The notes: generated by a model from the sequence alone, not told the origin. A stretch of DNA of 64,000 bases from an uncultured Spirochaetota bacterium (GCA_963734495.1 CAVTHK010000016.1:264133-328132), one strand, 5' to 3'; shown: positions 28,080 through 40,579, counted from the first letter of the stretch. Made by a program: numbers and translations.

Positions 28080-28954
28080 GCGCGGACCCCCCTCGCGTTG
28101 AGAATCCTGCTGCTGGCGGCGAGCAATACGACCGCCAGCACCAGCAGCAGCAGCAAGCTCAGCAGAAAAAGGCCGACATTCCCGAATCCGACCGAGCTCA
28201 GCCCCAGACCCCAGTAGAACAGGGGCGACGCCCACTGCAGGATCCAGCCGAGCACGTTGGCGAGGTTGCGCGCATAGCCTTCGACGATCATGAAGCGGCC
28301 GGCCAGCAGGAGCAGGAACAGAATCCAGACCGCGGCGAACAGCGTGATCGAGGCCGCCGCGTTGTCCGTCAGAACGGCCGCGACGACGGCATACGCGAGC
28401 CCCGCGGCCGCGAGCGGCACGATGATCGCAAGCGACTGGAACAGCATGGGTCCCATGTAGAGGTTGTTGGCTGCGGCGGCCAGGACGATGAACAGCATCA
28501 GGACCGCGACCCCGGCGGTGCCCAGGACAAGGTCCTTGAGATAGCTGGCCAGGAAGTAGGAGGTGCCGTCCGCGGGGCCGTAGACCACCAGCTCCATCGC
28601 GCCCACGCTGCGCTCCACGGTGAAGCGGAAGATCGTGCTCAGGGCGAGATAGAGAAAGACCGGGACGACGCCGACGTAGAGCGCCGCCACCAGCGGCCCC
28701 TCCGCGAAAAGCCGGTCCAGGAACGGCGCCCCGAAGCCGCCCTCGAGGGTGCGGCCGATCATGTCGTAGATCGGGGTCAGGTGATAGTCGAAGCCGCTCG
28801 TGTCGATGCTGCGGGCGAAACCGGTCACGAGGAGGGCGGCCAGCGCCATCCCGACCGATACCGCAATGTAGTATCCCGGGCTGATGACGGTCTCGTAGAG
28901 GCGCCGCGAAGCGATCACGGAGACCGCGTGGACCTTCTCATTCATGACGTTCAT
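28076..28954 (-). CDS. ABC-2/export-type ABC permease
   Basis: About 6 TM helices; ERSVGAMEL motif; overlaps both neighbours. Confidence 0.75.
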   Translation of the reverse strand: MNVMNEKVHAVSVIASRRLYETVISPGYYIAVSVGMALAALLVTGFARSIDTSGFDYHLTPIYDMIGRTLEGGFGAPFLDRLFAEGPLVAALYVGVVPVFLYLALSTIFRFTVERSVGAMELVVYGPADGTSYFLASYLKDLVLGTAGVAVLMLFIVLAAAANNLYMGPMLFQSLAIIVPLAAAGLAYAVVAAVLTDNAAASITLFAAVWILFLLLLAGRFMIVEGYARNLANVLGWILQWASPLFYWGLGLSSVGFGNVGLFLLSLLLLLVLAVVLLAASSRILNARGVRA

Positions 28955-29904
28955 GTCTTGGCCCCCACGTCGGTGAACAGGGAGAGGTTCTCGCGCGTGA
29001 TGGTCACGAAGGCCTCCTCGAGCGAGACGGCCTTCTCCTCGAGCCCCAGGGGGACCAGGTTGCGCGCGATCAGGAACGCGGACACGTCCTTGCGGTAGTC
29101 GCGATCGCGGGCGACCTGCACCACGAGCGTCTTGCCCGTGAGCTGCGCCTCGCGCACGAAGGGCAGGCCCTTGATGTCGGCGGCCAGGGACTCGGGAGGA
29201 TTCTCGAGCTCGACGCGCAGCTCGCGGGACTCGGAGAACCGGTCGAGGATGTTGCTCATCGTGTCTTCGGCCAGGAGCCTGCCCTGGAAGATGATCGCCA
29301 CCCGGTCGCAGATCCGCTCCACCTCGGAGAGGAGGTGGGACGAGACGAAGATGGTCCTCCCCTCGCGGTTCTCGGCCACGATCAGGTCGCGCACCTGCTT
29401 CATCCCGAACGGGTCGAGCCCGGAGTGCGGCTCGTCGAGGAACAGGATGTCGGGATCGTGCAGCAGGGCGCGCACGATGCTCAGCTTCTGGAGCATGCCG
29501 CGGGAAAAGCCGGCGATCTTTCGCCTGGCCACGTCGGCCAGCCCTACGTTTTCGAGGAGGGTATCGATCCTGGCCCCGGCATTGTCCACCGAGAAGAGAT
29601 CCGCGAAGTACTCGAGGTACTCGCGGGCCGTCATCCAGCTCCAGACCCCGCGCGGGTGCCGCTCGGGCACGACGCCGATGCGGCGGCGCAGGTCCAGGCG
29701 ATCCGGGGAGTAGCGCTCCCCGAAAAGGTGGATCTCGCCGGCGGTAGGCTCGGTGATGCCGAGCAGCATCATGATCGTCGTCGTCTTGCCGGCGCCGTTG
29801 GGCCCGAGGAACCCGTAGATCTGGCCGGCCGGTATGTTGAGGTTCACGTCGCGCACGGCCTCGACGCGGCCGAAGGACTTGGTCAACCCGACGGTGCGGA
29901 TCAT
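28951..29904 (-). CDS. ABC transporter ATP-binding protein (export type)
   Basis: [31 protein letters not shown]. Confidence 0.92.
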   Translation of the reverse strand: MIRTVGLTKSFGRVEAVRDVNLNIPAGQIYGFLGPNGAGKTTTIMMLLGITEPTAGEIHLFGERYSPDRLDLRRRIGVVPERHPRGVWSWMTAREYLEYFADLFSVDNAGARIDTLLENVGLADVARRKIAGFSRGMLQKLSIVRALLHDPDILFLDEPHSGLDPFGMKQVRDLIVAENREGRTIFVSSHLLSEVERICDRVAIIFQGRLLAEDTMSNILDRFSESRELRVELENPPESLAADIKGLPFVREAQLTGKTLVVQVARDRDYRKDVSAFLIARNLVPLGLEEKAVSLEEAFVTITRENLSLFTDVGAKT

Positions 29905-30758
29905 CAGGCGCCTCCCTTCACGTTCCACGAGGTCGGAGGCAGGTAGTACGTGAAGCGGTCTTTGTACTGATCGAGGTAGGCGGAGATCTCCTTGGGGTCG
30001 CGGAACTGGAAGACTTTGCCCATGATCGCGTCGAGCTCCTGCCGCGTGATGGCCCCCGGTTTCGGGACGGCCACAAGGGTGTCGATGACCCAGTACTGCG
30101 CGGGGCTGCTGCGCAGCTTGTCCAGCGGCACGGGCACCGTGTACCGGAAAGAGGTCTCAGGCGTGCCGTCCCAGGTCCAGTCGAGCTTGCCGGCAAACAG
30201 CGGCTCTCCGCGTTCGGAGCCCGTGTCCTCGGCCTTCTCGGTGTACTTGCCGCCCTTGACCTGCGCCGAGATGAGCGACCCGATCCAGATGTCCAGACAC
30301 GGGTGATTGAGCACCGCCTTGCCGTCGGTGCCCACGGGCCTCACCTCGAGGTAGAGCTGCCCCTGGTCGCGCTTGTCGACGATGATAAAGTGGTCGAGCG
30401 TCGGGATCTCCAGGCCCTTCATCCGGACAGGCCCCGGCAGCGTGTTCCGGCCGCGCTTGAGGCGAACAGGGATCTTCTGCGGCTCGTAGGCGGGCGCCAC
30501 GATCTCCAGCGTCGCGTTCCCCGGTTTCAGGTGGGTGAACTCGAGGTCCGCCGCGCCGTGGTCGGCCTGGTAGAACTCGTGCATCTCCCTGTCCTGCAGC
30601 GTGAGCGTCGCGTTCCAGACCCAGCCGCCGCTCACGGAATCCACCACGCGGAAACGCAGAGTCGTCTCCAGCGCCCCGCCGGCCAGGTAGACGGCGAGCG
30701 CGACGGCGCCGAAGAAAGCGACGACGCCGCCCAGGATCAGCCACGTCCTCTTTTTCAT
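29904..30758 (-). CDS. Membrane-anchored protein with carboxypeptidase-regulatory-like beta-sandwich
   Basis: N-terminal TM; V.DSVSG..V.NA.L..L.PG..L.I.AP.YEP pattern. Confidence 0.7.
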   Translation of the reverse strand: MKKRTWLILGGVVAFFGAVALAVYLAGGALETTLRFRVVDSVSGGWVWNATLTLQDREMHEFYQADHGAADLEFTHLKPGNATLEIVAPAYEPQKIPVRLKRGRNTLPGPVRMKGLEIPTLDHFIIVDKRDQGQLYLEVRPVGTDGKAVLNHPCLDIWIGSLISAQVKGGKYTEKAEDTGSERGEPLFAGKLDWTWDGTPETSFRYTVPVPLDKLRSSPAQYWVIDTLVAVPKPGAITRQELDAIMGKVFQFRDPKEISAYLDQYKDRFTYYLPPTSWNVKGGA

Positions 30759-30833
30759 GCTTTGCTCAGACTATTAACGAAAGAGCCGTGGTGTCAACTG
30801 CATCCCCCATCTCTCGAGCTCCGCCGCGCGGGT

Positions 30834-32951
30834 TCAGCGCTTGCGGGCCGGCGCGCCCGACTCCAGCAGGATCGAGCAGAACTCGTCCAGCCGCTCAATC
30901 TCGACGACCGTTCCTTTGCGATCGCTGCGGACCGTCACGGCGCCTTCGGCCTTGAGCACGCGGTGGCGGGCCGGACCGACCCGCAGCTCTACGCGCAGGT
31001 CGCGCACAGGGACGAGCGCACGCAAGGGCCGTGCGGGCGCCGAGGTGTGGTTCACCAGCGACAGGACCAGCGGGGCGGCGGCGCCCCCGTCGTGCCGCCT
31101 CGTCAGGCCGATGTGCACGCTCTCGGGCGCGTTGGTCCGCAGCACGAGATCGTCGCCGAGGAGCAGCCGCGCCGCGTTCGCCAGCGTGAGCCGGAAGTCG
31201 GGGTGCCCGTGGAGCAGGCTCATGCGGTCCGGCTGGTTTGCGAAGTAGACGACGTTGCCCTTGCCGAAGGGGTGAACGCAGATGGTCGGCTCGTCGCCGG
31301 GGATCGTCTCGCGCCAGGCGCGCTCGGGCGGCTGGTTGACGATGATCGGGACGAAGCGGCAGACGATCTGCGCGCCGTCGACGCGGGTCATGGCCGTGCT
31401 GCCCGCGTTGATGAGCATCTCGGTGTCCCTGATGCCCGCCAGGACCGGGTGGCCTGCGATCTCGATGTACTGGTAGCAGTCCTTGTGGGTGTCCAGGGTC
31501 GATCCCGCGTAGCGGCAGCCGAAAAGGTCCGCGAGGCCGAAGTCCGCGCGGCGCGTCCCCTCCAGGTCGTAGAGCGAGGACTCGAAGGTGGCGAGCAGCT
31601 TCCCGCCCTGCCGGACCCATTCGCGGATCCAGCCGCACTGCTGGTCGCTCAGGCAGGCCGCGTTGGGCATGGCCAGCACCTTGATCGAGGCGAGCGACTC
31701 GGGCGACAGCTCGGCGTCCGAGAGGAACCCATACGGGATGTGCTCGTCGACGAGCACGGTCTCCAGGCCCTGGACCGCGGTCGTGTAGGCGTCTTTGCGC
31801 GCATCGTCCGAGCCGAAGCGGTCCTTGGTCGGCTTCGAGTAGAAGACGGCCAGGTCCCGCACCGGCACCTGCGAGTCGAGAGCCTCCTCGTTGTCCGCCA
31901 TGAAGCCGTAGACGTCGCGCGCGATCATCGCGTTGCGGCGGTCGTGGGTCGCGCCGGGATGGTCTCCGTTGAATACGCAGTTCCAGAAGCCGCTCCCGTT
32001 GGCCACGCCTTCCCACAGCCACACGCGGGTGTCGATCGGCGGGTCCATGACGTATCGGTGCGAGGTCCCGTTGCCGCCGAAGAGGATGACCGGCTCCTTG
32101 GCCGGGTCGAGCGATCGGAGGAACCGCGCGATGCTTCCCGCGTAGCGCAGGTCGAACCAGGCCGGGTAGTCCGTGTTCCTGGTGAGGAAGGCGACACTGA
32201 CTAGAAAATCGAAGGTATCCCGCGCGTCGTACAGATCGATGCCGGTTTCCTTGGGCATCCCGACGTCGAACATGCTGAAGACTTCGGCGCAGTAGACCTT
32301 GTCGTCGCCGTAGGACTTGCAGACGGCGCGCAGCCTCTCCAGGTTGCGCCGCGCGCTGCGCGCTTTGAACGCCCAGTAGGGCTCGAAGTCCCCGCCGGTG
32401 CGCGGAATGGGGCCGCCCACCTCGCGCGCGTAGAGCTCGCGGCAGCGGTCGCAGTAGCAGACATCGTGGCAGAGCACGGCGTTGTGCCAGATCCCGTCGA
32501 TCCCGTAGCTCTCGAAGAGGTGTCGCATGAACGCTTCCGCGTGCTCGTTGCGGTAGTAGCTCTCGTAGCACGGCCTGTAGAGGGGAAGGCTCGTGTCCTG
32601 CCTGACGAGCGGCCCGCCGTCCTCGCCCTTCGCGAACCAGTCGGGATGCTGCTCCCAGTGGTGCTTCTGCACGCCGCGGAAGTCCACGCGGGTGATGACC
32701 TTGATGCCTTCGGCCCGGCACGCCTTGGAGATCTCGGCCACGATGTCGCGCTTCTCGAGAAACGGAACCGGCGACGCGAAGGGGAGCGGGCTCTGGAAGA
32801 AGTCGAAGATGCCGCCCGCATTGACGACGAGGCAGTTGCTGCGAGAGTCCTTGAGATAGCGCACGACGCCTTCGACGTCGTAGCCGATCGCGTCGATTTC
32901 GCGGAGCACCGTCTGCGTGATCCGCAGCGGCCGCGTGTACCACTGGTTCAT
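30834..32951 (-). CDS. GHL6-like glycoside hydrolase with beta-galactosidase trimerisation-type domain
   Basis: NAGG, RVDF, HPDWF, DGIWHN; LAMPNAACLSD..GGKLLAT GATase-like domain. Confidence 0.75.
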   Translation of the reverse strand: MNQWYTRPLRITQTVLREIDAIGYDVEGVVRYLKDSRSNCLVVNAGGIFDFFQSPLPFASPVPFLEKRDIVAEISKACRAEGIKVITRVDFRGVQKHHWEQHPDWFAKGEDGGPLVRQDTSLPLYRPCYESYYRNEHAEAFMRHLFESYGIDGIWHNAVLCHDVCYCDRCRELYAREVGGPIPRTGGDFEPYWAFKARSARRNLERLRAVCKSYGDDKVYCAEVFSMFDVGMPKETGIDLYDARDTFDFLVSVAFLTRNTDYPAWFDLRYAGSIARFLRSLDPAKEPVILFGGNGTSHRYVMDPPIDTRVWLWEGVANGSGFWNCVFNGDHPGATHDRRNAMIARDVYGFMADNEEALDSQVPVRDLAVFYSKPTKDRFGSDDARKDAYTTAVQGLETVLVDEHIPYGFLSDAELSPESLASIKVLAMPNAACLSDQQCGWIREWVRQGGKLLATFESSLYDLEGTRRADFGLADLFGCRYAGSTLDTHKDCYQYIEIAGHPVLAGIRDTEMLINAGSTAMTRVDGAQIVCRFVPIIVNQPPERAWRETIPGDEPTICVHPFGKGNVVYFANQPDRMSLLHGHPDFRLTLANAARLLLGDDLVLRTNAPESVHIGLTRRHDGGAAAPLVLSLVNHTSAPARPLRALVPVRDLRVELRVGPARHRVLKAEGAVTVRSDRKGTVVEIERLDEFCSILLESGAPARKR

Positions 32952-35151
32952 TTCGCCGTCCCTTCGACCACGATCACCTCATGGTCCTCTATGCTGTCGA
33001 GCTTGATCTCCGCCCAGCCCTCCCGGAGCGCGACCTTCGGCGCGCCGCCGGCCGCGAGCAGCTTTGCCGAGGGGGCGGCGCCGCCGGGCCACCGCAGCCC
33101 GACGGAGACGGGCCCCACCGGGATCAGCTCGTGCAGCGGCTTGGACTCGGTCGCGGTGAGGTTCACGATGTGCAGCACCATCCGCGACGGCCCCTGGCTG
33201 TAGAGGTGGCAGTCGAGCAGGCCGCGCCCCTCCACGCGCAGGGGGATGCCGTCGCCGGCCGCCCACCGGATCGCGTTGGCGAGCAGCCGCGCGTGGTCGG
33301 GCAGATTGTCGCGGCCGAAGCAGCGATCGACGTCCGCGGCGAAGTACGCGATCCTTCCGCCTCGCGGATGCTCCCTGACCACGACCGCGGGCAGGGTCCC
33401 GCCCGGGTTGCGCATCCAGGACATCTCGGGAGGGAATACGGGGAAGGGCGGCACGTAGACCGCCGGCGCCTGCGTCCCCTCGGCCGCGCGGACCGCCTCG
33501 AGCCTCCCGCCGAACGGGAGAAGGTCGGTCTCGTCGAACCCTGACAGCAGCGGATGGCGGGTTCCGGCCGCCGGCGGTTCCGTTCCCGCGCGCGGCCCGT
33601 AGACGCCGGCCCGCAGCTCCGGGCTGAGGCGCAGGTAGGTGTGCTGCACCCAGTCGTCCCAGCTCGTCTGCAGGCGGTGATGGTGCCCGTGGAACGCGCC
33701 GAGGTGGCTGACGCCGAGGATGTCGGAAAGCGCGAAGTCCGCCCGGCGCTCGCCCCACTCGTCGCAGAGGCTGGTCTCGCCGGTGGCCACGAGCGAGCCG
33801 CCCGCCTCGACGAAGCGCCGGATAGCAGCGCACTGCGCGTCGGAGAGGGCGGCGAGGTTCGGGAGGACCAGCACTCGGAGGCCGCCGGCGTCGCGGCCGA
33901 TGTGGTCGGCGTGCACCGGCAGGTACGGGATGCGCGCGCGGATCATGGCGCGCGTCACGCCCATCCACGGGTGCCGCCAGAACGTCTGCGCGTCGTCGCG
34001 GCCGTAGAAGTCGATGTTGTCCTGGCTCCAGACCACGCCGACGCTCGCCACGGGGCGTCGATCCACGAGGTACTGCTCGTTGGCCTCGTGCCAGCGGAAC
34101 AGAGGCTCGGCCGTCTTGTATTGCCGCCGGTCCTCGTGGTAGGCGCCGATGTGGTGCCACCACGGCATGATGCCGCCGGCGAACCCCTCGAGCGCCCACA
34201 TGCGCGCCTCGGGCTCGGCCTTGCTCGCAATGCGGAACGGCAGGTGCGAGTGCTCGTACATGGCCATGCTTTCGGGCACCAGGCGTTCCCAGCCCAGCAT
34301 GCCGTGAATCGTCTTTCCGAACTCGCCGTTCTGGGCAAACCCTCCGGCATGCTGCCTCGACTGGGAGTCGAGCAGGATCATGGGCGTGCGCTCGCAGATG
34401 CCCTTGTAGTCGCGGAACCGGGCGCCTTCGTTTCCCATATCCCCGCCCGTCATGCCGACCCAGATGCAGTCCTTGCCGCCCGCCTCCCGGGTCGCCCGGT
34501 TGTTGATGTCCCAGACCTCCAGGCGGCGCGCGTAGCTCCACTTGATCCACTTGCGGTAGGCCTGGTCGTTCCAGTCGGGCTTGCGCGGGAGGTCCAGGCC
34601 GGTGGCCTCGCGAAACCGCCGCCGCGAATGCGGGCTGTAGGAGATGTGACCGCGGTCGAGCCCGGTCCAGCTGTTGTCGCGCGAAGCCGTCGGGGTGGTA
34701 GCGGCTCGCGATCTCGCGGAGCACCCCGGGCAGGTACTCCTCGTAGTAGGGGCTGTCGATGCAGGTGACGTAGAGGCCTCCGACCATGTACGGCTTGCCG
34801 TTCGCGTCGACCGCCATCCAGTCCGGATGGTCGACGAAGAAGGGCTCGTGCACGCGGTTGGAATCCATCCGCGCGAACACGGCCAGGCCTTCGGCGCGCG
34901 CGGCTTCGACGAGCTCGCCGAACAGGTCGCGGCCGCCCAGGTGCTCGGCGTAGTACGTGAGCGGGTACCGGCTCGGGCGGTAGTAGGCGACGATGCCGCC
35001 TGCGTTGATGATGACGCCCTGCACCCGTGTCCGGCGCCAGTGCTCGCGCCAGAAGGCGTATGTCGTAACGCACGGGATCGATCTCGGTGATGTTGGTCTG
35101 CCCCCACCGCCTGACGCGGCCGTACCACGGCCCCGAGGTGCTCTTGCCCAC
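32948..35151 (-). CDS. Second GHL6-like glycoside hydrolase (several frameshifts, 34670-35070)
   Basis: RWGQTNITEID, INAGGIVAYY, ARMDSNR, DNSW, PWWHHIGA, LPNLAALSD across frames. Confidence 0.75.
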
Positions 35152-35210
35152 GCCTGCCTCCGTTTGAACCGCGGCGCGAGGGATCGATCTCGCCCGGCGC
35201 CGGGAGCCGC

Positions 35211-35312
35211 ATGCTATCTTTCGCCCCGTGCCTTGTCAAACCGGCGGGGGTCCAGGCGGGGGTCCAGGCAGGGTGTCCAGTGATTGATGCGGGCCGGAGG
35301 TTCGTGTACACT
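35211..35312. promoter_or_regulatory. Back-to-back divergent sigma70 promoters separated by three direct repeats
   Basis: Minus TTGACA-17-TAGCAT (35239-35211); plus TTGATG-17-TACACT (35284-35312); GGCGGGGGTCCA x2 plus a variant at 35243-35279. Confidence 0.6.
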
Positions 35313-35335
35313 GCGGCTCTCCAGGAGGTAAAGGG

Positions 35336-36249
35336 ATGCAGGACTCTTTCCGCAGCTACATGCGCGTCGGGATCATCCACTTCATGGCGTATCCCGCGAC
35401 CATGAAGGGCGAAGGCCCGATCGTCGAGACCGTGAAGAAGATCGCTCATGACGACTACTTCGACGTGATCGAGATCACCTGGATCAAGGACCCGGCCGTC
35501 CGCAAGGAGGTCAAGGGGATCCTGGAGACCGCTCACATGACGGTCGCCTACGGCGGCCAGCCGCGGCTGCTCACCACGGGGCTGAACATCAACGACCTCG
35601 ACGACGGCAAGCGCCGGCAGGCGATCGCCACCCTCAAGGAGGGGATCGACGAGGCCTACGAGATGGGCGCCGTCGGCTTCGCCTTCCTCAGCGGGCCGTA
35701 CCAGGAAAACCGCAAGGAGGCCGCGTTCGACGCGCTCGCTGGATTCGACCAAGGAGCTCTGCGCGTACGCCAAGTCCAAGGGCAGCATGAAGGTCGTCCT
35801 GGAGGTCTTCGACTACGACATCGACAAGAAGAGCCTGATCGGTCCGGCCGCTCTGGCCAAACGCTTCGCGGAGACCATCCGCAAGGAGTACCCGAGCTTC
35901 GGCCTCATGCCTGACCTCAGCCACATGCCGCTGCTGCGCGAGAGCCCGACCGAGTCGCTCGTCCCGATCAAGGACTACATCGTGCACGCGCACATGGGCA
36001 ACGCCGTGGTGCAAGGACAAGGCGCTCACCGCGTACGGCGACCAGCACCCGCGCTTCGGGTTCCCCGGCAGCGAGAACGACGTCGACCAGCTGGTCGAGT
36101 ACCTGCGGGTCCTGCTGAAGATCGGCTACCTCAACAAGAAGAACCCGCCGATACTCAGCTTCGAGGTCAAGCCCGTCGGCAGCGAAGACCCGGAGGCGGT
36201 CATCGCGAACGCCAAGAGGACGCTGAACCAGGCCTGGGCAAAGCTGTAG
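35336..36249 (+). CDS. Sugar phosphate isomerase/epimerase (xylose isomerase-like TIM barrel), frameshifted
   Basis: GIIHFMAYP, LEVFD, DLSH, HAHMGN, DQHPRFG, SFEVKP. Confidence 0.8.
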
Positions 36250-36350
36250 CAGGACTGCGCCGGACCGGCCGGGGCCAGCGGCTCGCGCGCTCGTCCCGGC
36301 CGGGAACGGTGCGACGCACAGCCAGCGCGCCAGGCCTCGCGAGTACCTGC

Positions 36351-37686
36351 ATGAGAGCCCTCAGATCCATCCCGATCTTCTTCGGCGCGCTGCTGCTGTT
36401 GTCCTCCTGCGTGCGCCGCGGCGGCGCCGAAGACGACCTCCTCGCCGCGAACGCCGGCTCGGCGGCCCGCAAGGAGGAGGAGCCCCGCTACAAGGTCGCC
36501 CGGGGCGAAGTCATCAAGAAGGTGCAGTTCCTCAGCAGCGTCGCGCCCATCGAGGAGCACCAGCTGTTCTTCCGCGCCGACGGCCGGGTGCGCACCATCA
36601 ACGTCGTCGAGACCGAGAACGTCGCGTTCAGGCCAGGTCCTGGCCGAGCTGGAGATGACCGATCTCCTCAACCGCGTCGCCCAGGCCCGGGTGAACCTGG
36701 ACAAGGCCCGCATGATGCTGGCCGAGATCGAGGCGAACCGCATCGCGATCGCAAAGGCGGAGGCCGAGCTCGCGGAAAAGCAGATCGAGCGCAGCCGCTT
36801 CGCCAACGAAGACCCGGAGCAGGCGATCATCATCGCCAAGGCGAGCCTCGACAAAGCGTCGCTCGCCGTGGAGGCGGCTCGCGCGGCGGATGCCGCCCAC
36901 GGCCGCACCCAGCCTTCGCTCGAGCTGCGGCAGACGGAGCTCGAGCAGACCGTCGCGCGGGCCAACTACGAGCTGTCGCAGCGCGGCCGCGCCGACCACG
37001 CGATGCGGCTCGCGATGCTCGACCAGGAGGTCGAGCTCGCGAAGCTCAAGCTCGAGGAGATCAAGACGCAGAAGAACCCGCAGGCGATCAGCGACGTGCG
37101 GATCGCCGAGCTCGGGCTCAAGCAGCTCGAGGACCAGGCCGCCATGATGCGGATCGTCTCTCCCATCGCCGGCCGCGTCATGAGCGTAAACCTGCTTTCG
37201 GGGGGCGAGGTCAAGGCGTACCAGCCCGCGATCGTCGTCGCGGACCCGTCCACATTCGAGATCCGGGCCGACCTGCTGCGCGAGGAGGTGCTTCAGCTCC
37301 ACATCGGCCAGCAGGCGCAGATCGAGCTGGTGGCGCAGCCGGGGCGGGTGATCCCGGGAGTGGTTCGCCGCCTGCCGTACGCCGGCCTGACGGGCTCCGA
37401 CTACCTCGAGAGCCTCGACCGCTCGACCCGCATCCGCTTCGACCCCCCCAAAGACATCCCGCTGGAGGTCGGCGACCTCGCGCGGGCGACGGTCGTGCTG
37501 GAGAGGCGCGAGAACGTCCTGTTCCTGCCCAAGGAGGCGGTGCGGACCTACCAGGGACGGCGCTTCGTCGTGATCGAGGAGCCGGACCGCCGGCGGCGCG
37601 CCGACGTCAAGGTCGGGCTGCTGGGCGACGACCGCGTCGAGCTCGAAGAAGGCGTCAAGGATGGCGAGACCGTCGTAGGCCAGTGA
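36351..37686 (+). CDS. Membrane-fusion (HlyD/MacA-like) adaptor lipoprotein, frameshift near 36628
   Basis: LLSSC lipobox; long coiled coil; SPIAGRV; LPKEAV; VKVGL..GVKDGETVV. Confidence 0.85.
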
Positions 37687-40579
37687 AAGCGCTCCGCGTC
37701 GGCCGGCTTCTGTCCATATTCCCCGTCGTCACCAAGCGCCTGGTGAGCAGCCCGGCGCTGACCCTCAGCGTGATCGTCGGCCTCGCGACCGCGGTTGCCC
37801 TCTCCGCCGCGATTCCCATGTACTCGGACGCGGTCCACACGCGCATGCTCAGGCGCGAGCTCGGCGGCGGCGCCGCCGCGTACTCGGTCATGTACTGGTA
37901 CCTCGGGTCCAACTACAAGGCGCTCGACCTCGAGGACATCGCGGACGTGGACCGGTACATCGTCGAGCGCGCGCCCAGGCTGGTCGGGCTGCCCCTGCGT
38001 CTGAGCGTGCGGCACATGGGGACCGACAACATGCGGCTCTTCTCGGCCCCGGGGGGAAGATACGAGGACAAGGGCGACGGGCTCGAATGGCCCGCCCTCG
38101 GGTTCATCACCGGGCTCGCCGATCACGTGGACGTCATCGAGGGCGCGTTCCCCAAGGCCACCCCCGCACCGGAGCCCATCGAAGTGCTGGCGCTGCGCGA
38201 GTTCGCCGAGCAGCTGGGCCTGCAGGTCGGGGAGCGCTACGCCCTCGTCGGAGAGACCGTGCTCGAGGGGCGAAAGCAGAAGGTGGAGTTCCCGGTCAGG
38301 ATCGCCGGCATCTGGAAGGCGAAGGACGAGGCGGACACGTTCTGGTTCTACCGTCCCTCGTCGTTCGACAAGATGCTGCTGGTCCCCGAGGACGTGTTTG
38401 TGAACCGCGTCGCGAGCGTCTACGAGGAGGAGGTGCTCCGCGCGGTCTGGTACCAGGTCTACGACGGCACCAGCGTCAACATAGAGCGCGTGCCGCAGCT
38501 GCAGTCGGCGTTCCGCGTGATCAGGACGCAGGTGGAGTCGCGCCTGCCCGGGGCGTCCATCGCCCAGAGCCCCGAGGAGGCGATGGACCGCTACCGGCTC
38601 GAAGCCTACCACCTGATGATCCTGCTCTACGTCTTCAGCCTCCCCGTCATCAGCCTCGTGCTGCTGTTTGTCGGCCTGGTCTCGCAGATGGTCGTCGACA
38701 GGCAGAAGAACGAGATCGCGCTGCTGCGCAGCCGCGGCACGTCGCGGATGCAGGTCTTCGGCATCTATGCCTTCGAAGGGGTCCTCACCGGGGTGGCCGC
38801 CGCCCTGATCGGGCTGCTGACGGGACACGCCGTCGCCGCGGCCATCGGCCGGACGGAGTCCTTTCTGGTGTTCCGCGCCGGGCCCTCTCTCTTCGTGCGC
38901 GTGACGCAGCTCAGCCTCGCGCTCGCGGTCGGCGCCCTCGTGCTGGCGCTCGCCGCCAGCCTGGCTCCGGCGCTCGCGGCCAGCCGCCACACGATCGTCA
39001 CCTACCGCCGGCAGACGGCACGCTTCGCGGGCAAGCCGCTGTGGCAGCGGCTCTTCCTGGACTATGCGCTGCTCGTGCCGGTTGCGTACGGCTACTACAT
39101 GCTCAGCCGCCGCGGCACGATCGGCCTCGCCAAGAGCGGCGAGACCGTCGGGGATCCCTTCCAGAACCCGCTGCTGTTCCTGGTGCCTACGCTCGCGCTC
39201 GTCGCGGCCGCGCTCATCTTCCTGCGGCTGTTCCCGTGGCTCATGGAGAACTCTCGCGCGCGCGAGCGAGCGCCTGAAGGGGGCGTCGCTGCTGCTCGCA
39301 TTGCGCTCCCTCGCCCGGTCCTCGCGCCACTACACGGGACCTCTCCTCCTGCTGATGCTCACGATCGGCCTGGCAGCCTTCACCGTGACCATGGCTCGCG
39401 CCCTCGACCGCCACCTCGTCGACAGCTCGTACTACAAGACGGGCGGCGACTTCCTGCTGCGCGAGACGGGAGAGCTCGTGGCCGCGGATACGACCGAGGG
39501 CGAGGCAGGCGGTGGCTCCGCCAAGGGTTCCGAGCCGCCCCCGCCCGTCGATCCGAACGAGGAGGAGCCCCACTGGGTGTTCATGCCCGTCTTCGACTAC
39601 AAGAGCGTGCCGGGAGTCGAGGCGGTCACCCGGGTCGGGGTGTACAAGGTGCAGGCCCGCTGGAGCGCCCGGGGCGAGAACGGACAGATCGCCGGGATCG
39701 ACAGGGACACGCTGCTCGAGGTGACGCGCCTCCGCCGCGACTTCGCCCCGCAGGCCGGACTCACGGCTCATCGACGCGTTGGGGGCCGACCCGTCCGCGA
39801 TCCTCGTCGAACAGCGCTTCTTCCGGGAGAACAAGCTCAAGGTTGGCGACAGGATCGCCCTCACGGTGCAGATCCTCGGCAAGTGGGTCGAGATGCCGAT
39901 GATCGTCGCCGGAGTCATCGACTACTTCCCGACGCTCTACCTGGAGGACGGGCCTTTCTTTATCGCGAACCTGGACTACCTGTTCTCCCAGGCGGGAGGG
40001 CTCTACCACTACGACATCTGGGTCAAGGCGAAGTCGGACCTGACGGCCCGCAAGCTTTCCGACGGGATGTGGGATCTCAAGCTGCCCGCTTCGATCCAGG
40101 GCGACGCGGGCGCCGAGATCCGCGCGGAGCAGGCGAGACCGGAGCGCCAGGGATTCTACGGGATCCTTTCCGTCGGGTTCATCGCCGCGGCCCTCGTGAC
40201 CGCCCTCGGCTTTCTCATCTACTCCCTGGTCTCGTTTCAGCGCCGCGCCATAGAGCTGGGGACGCTCCGCGCGATCGGGCTTTCGACCGCGCAGATGATC
40301 GCCTACGTCGCCGGGGAGCAGCTCGCCCTGGTGGCGATGGGCACCATGACCGGCGCTCTGCTCGGCATCGCGACGGGAGCGCTGTTCGTCCCGTTCCTCC
40401 AGGTGGGCTCCGCCAAGTACACGCAGACGCCGCCGTTCATCGTGCGCGCGCCGGTCGGCGACGTCGCCCTGATCCTCGCGGGCTTCGCCGCTGTCCTGGT
40501 GACCGTGGTCGCGATCACGCTCTGGCTGCTGCGGCGGATGCGCATCTTCGAGGCCGTCAAGATGGAGGACGTCGGATGA
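37683..40579 (+). CDS. Large FtsX/MacB-like ABC permease (frameshifts near 39255 and 39770)
   Basis: Two FtsX motifs (EIALLRSRG, ELGTLRAIG) with large extracytoplasmic loops. Confidence 0.85.
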
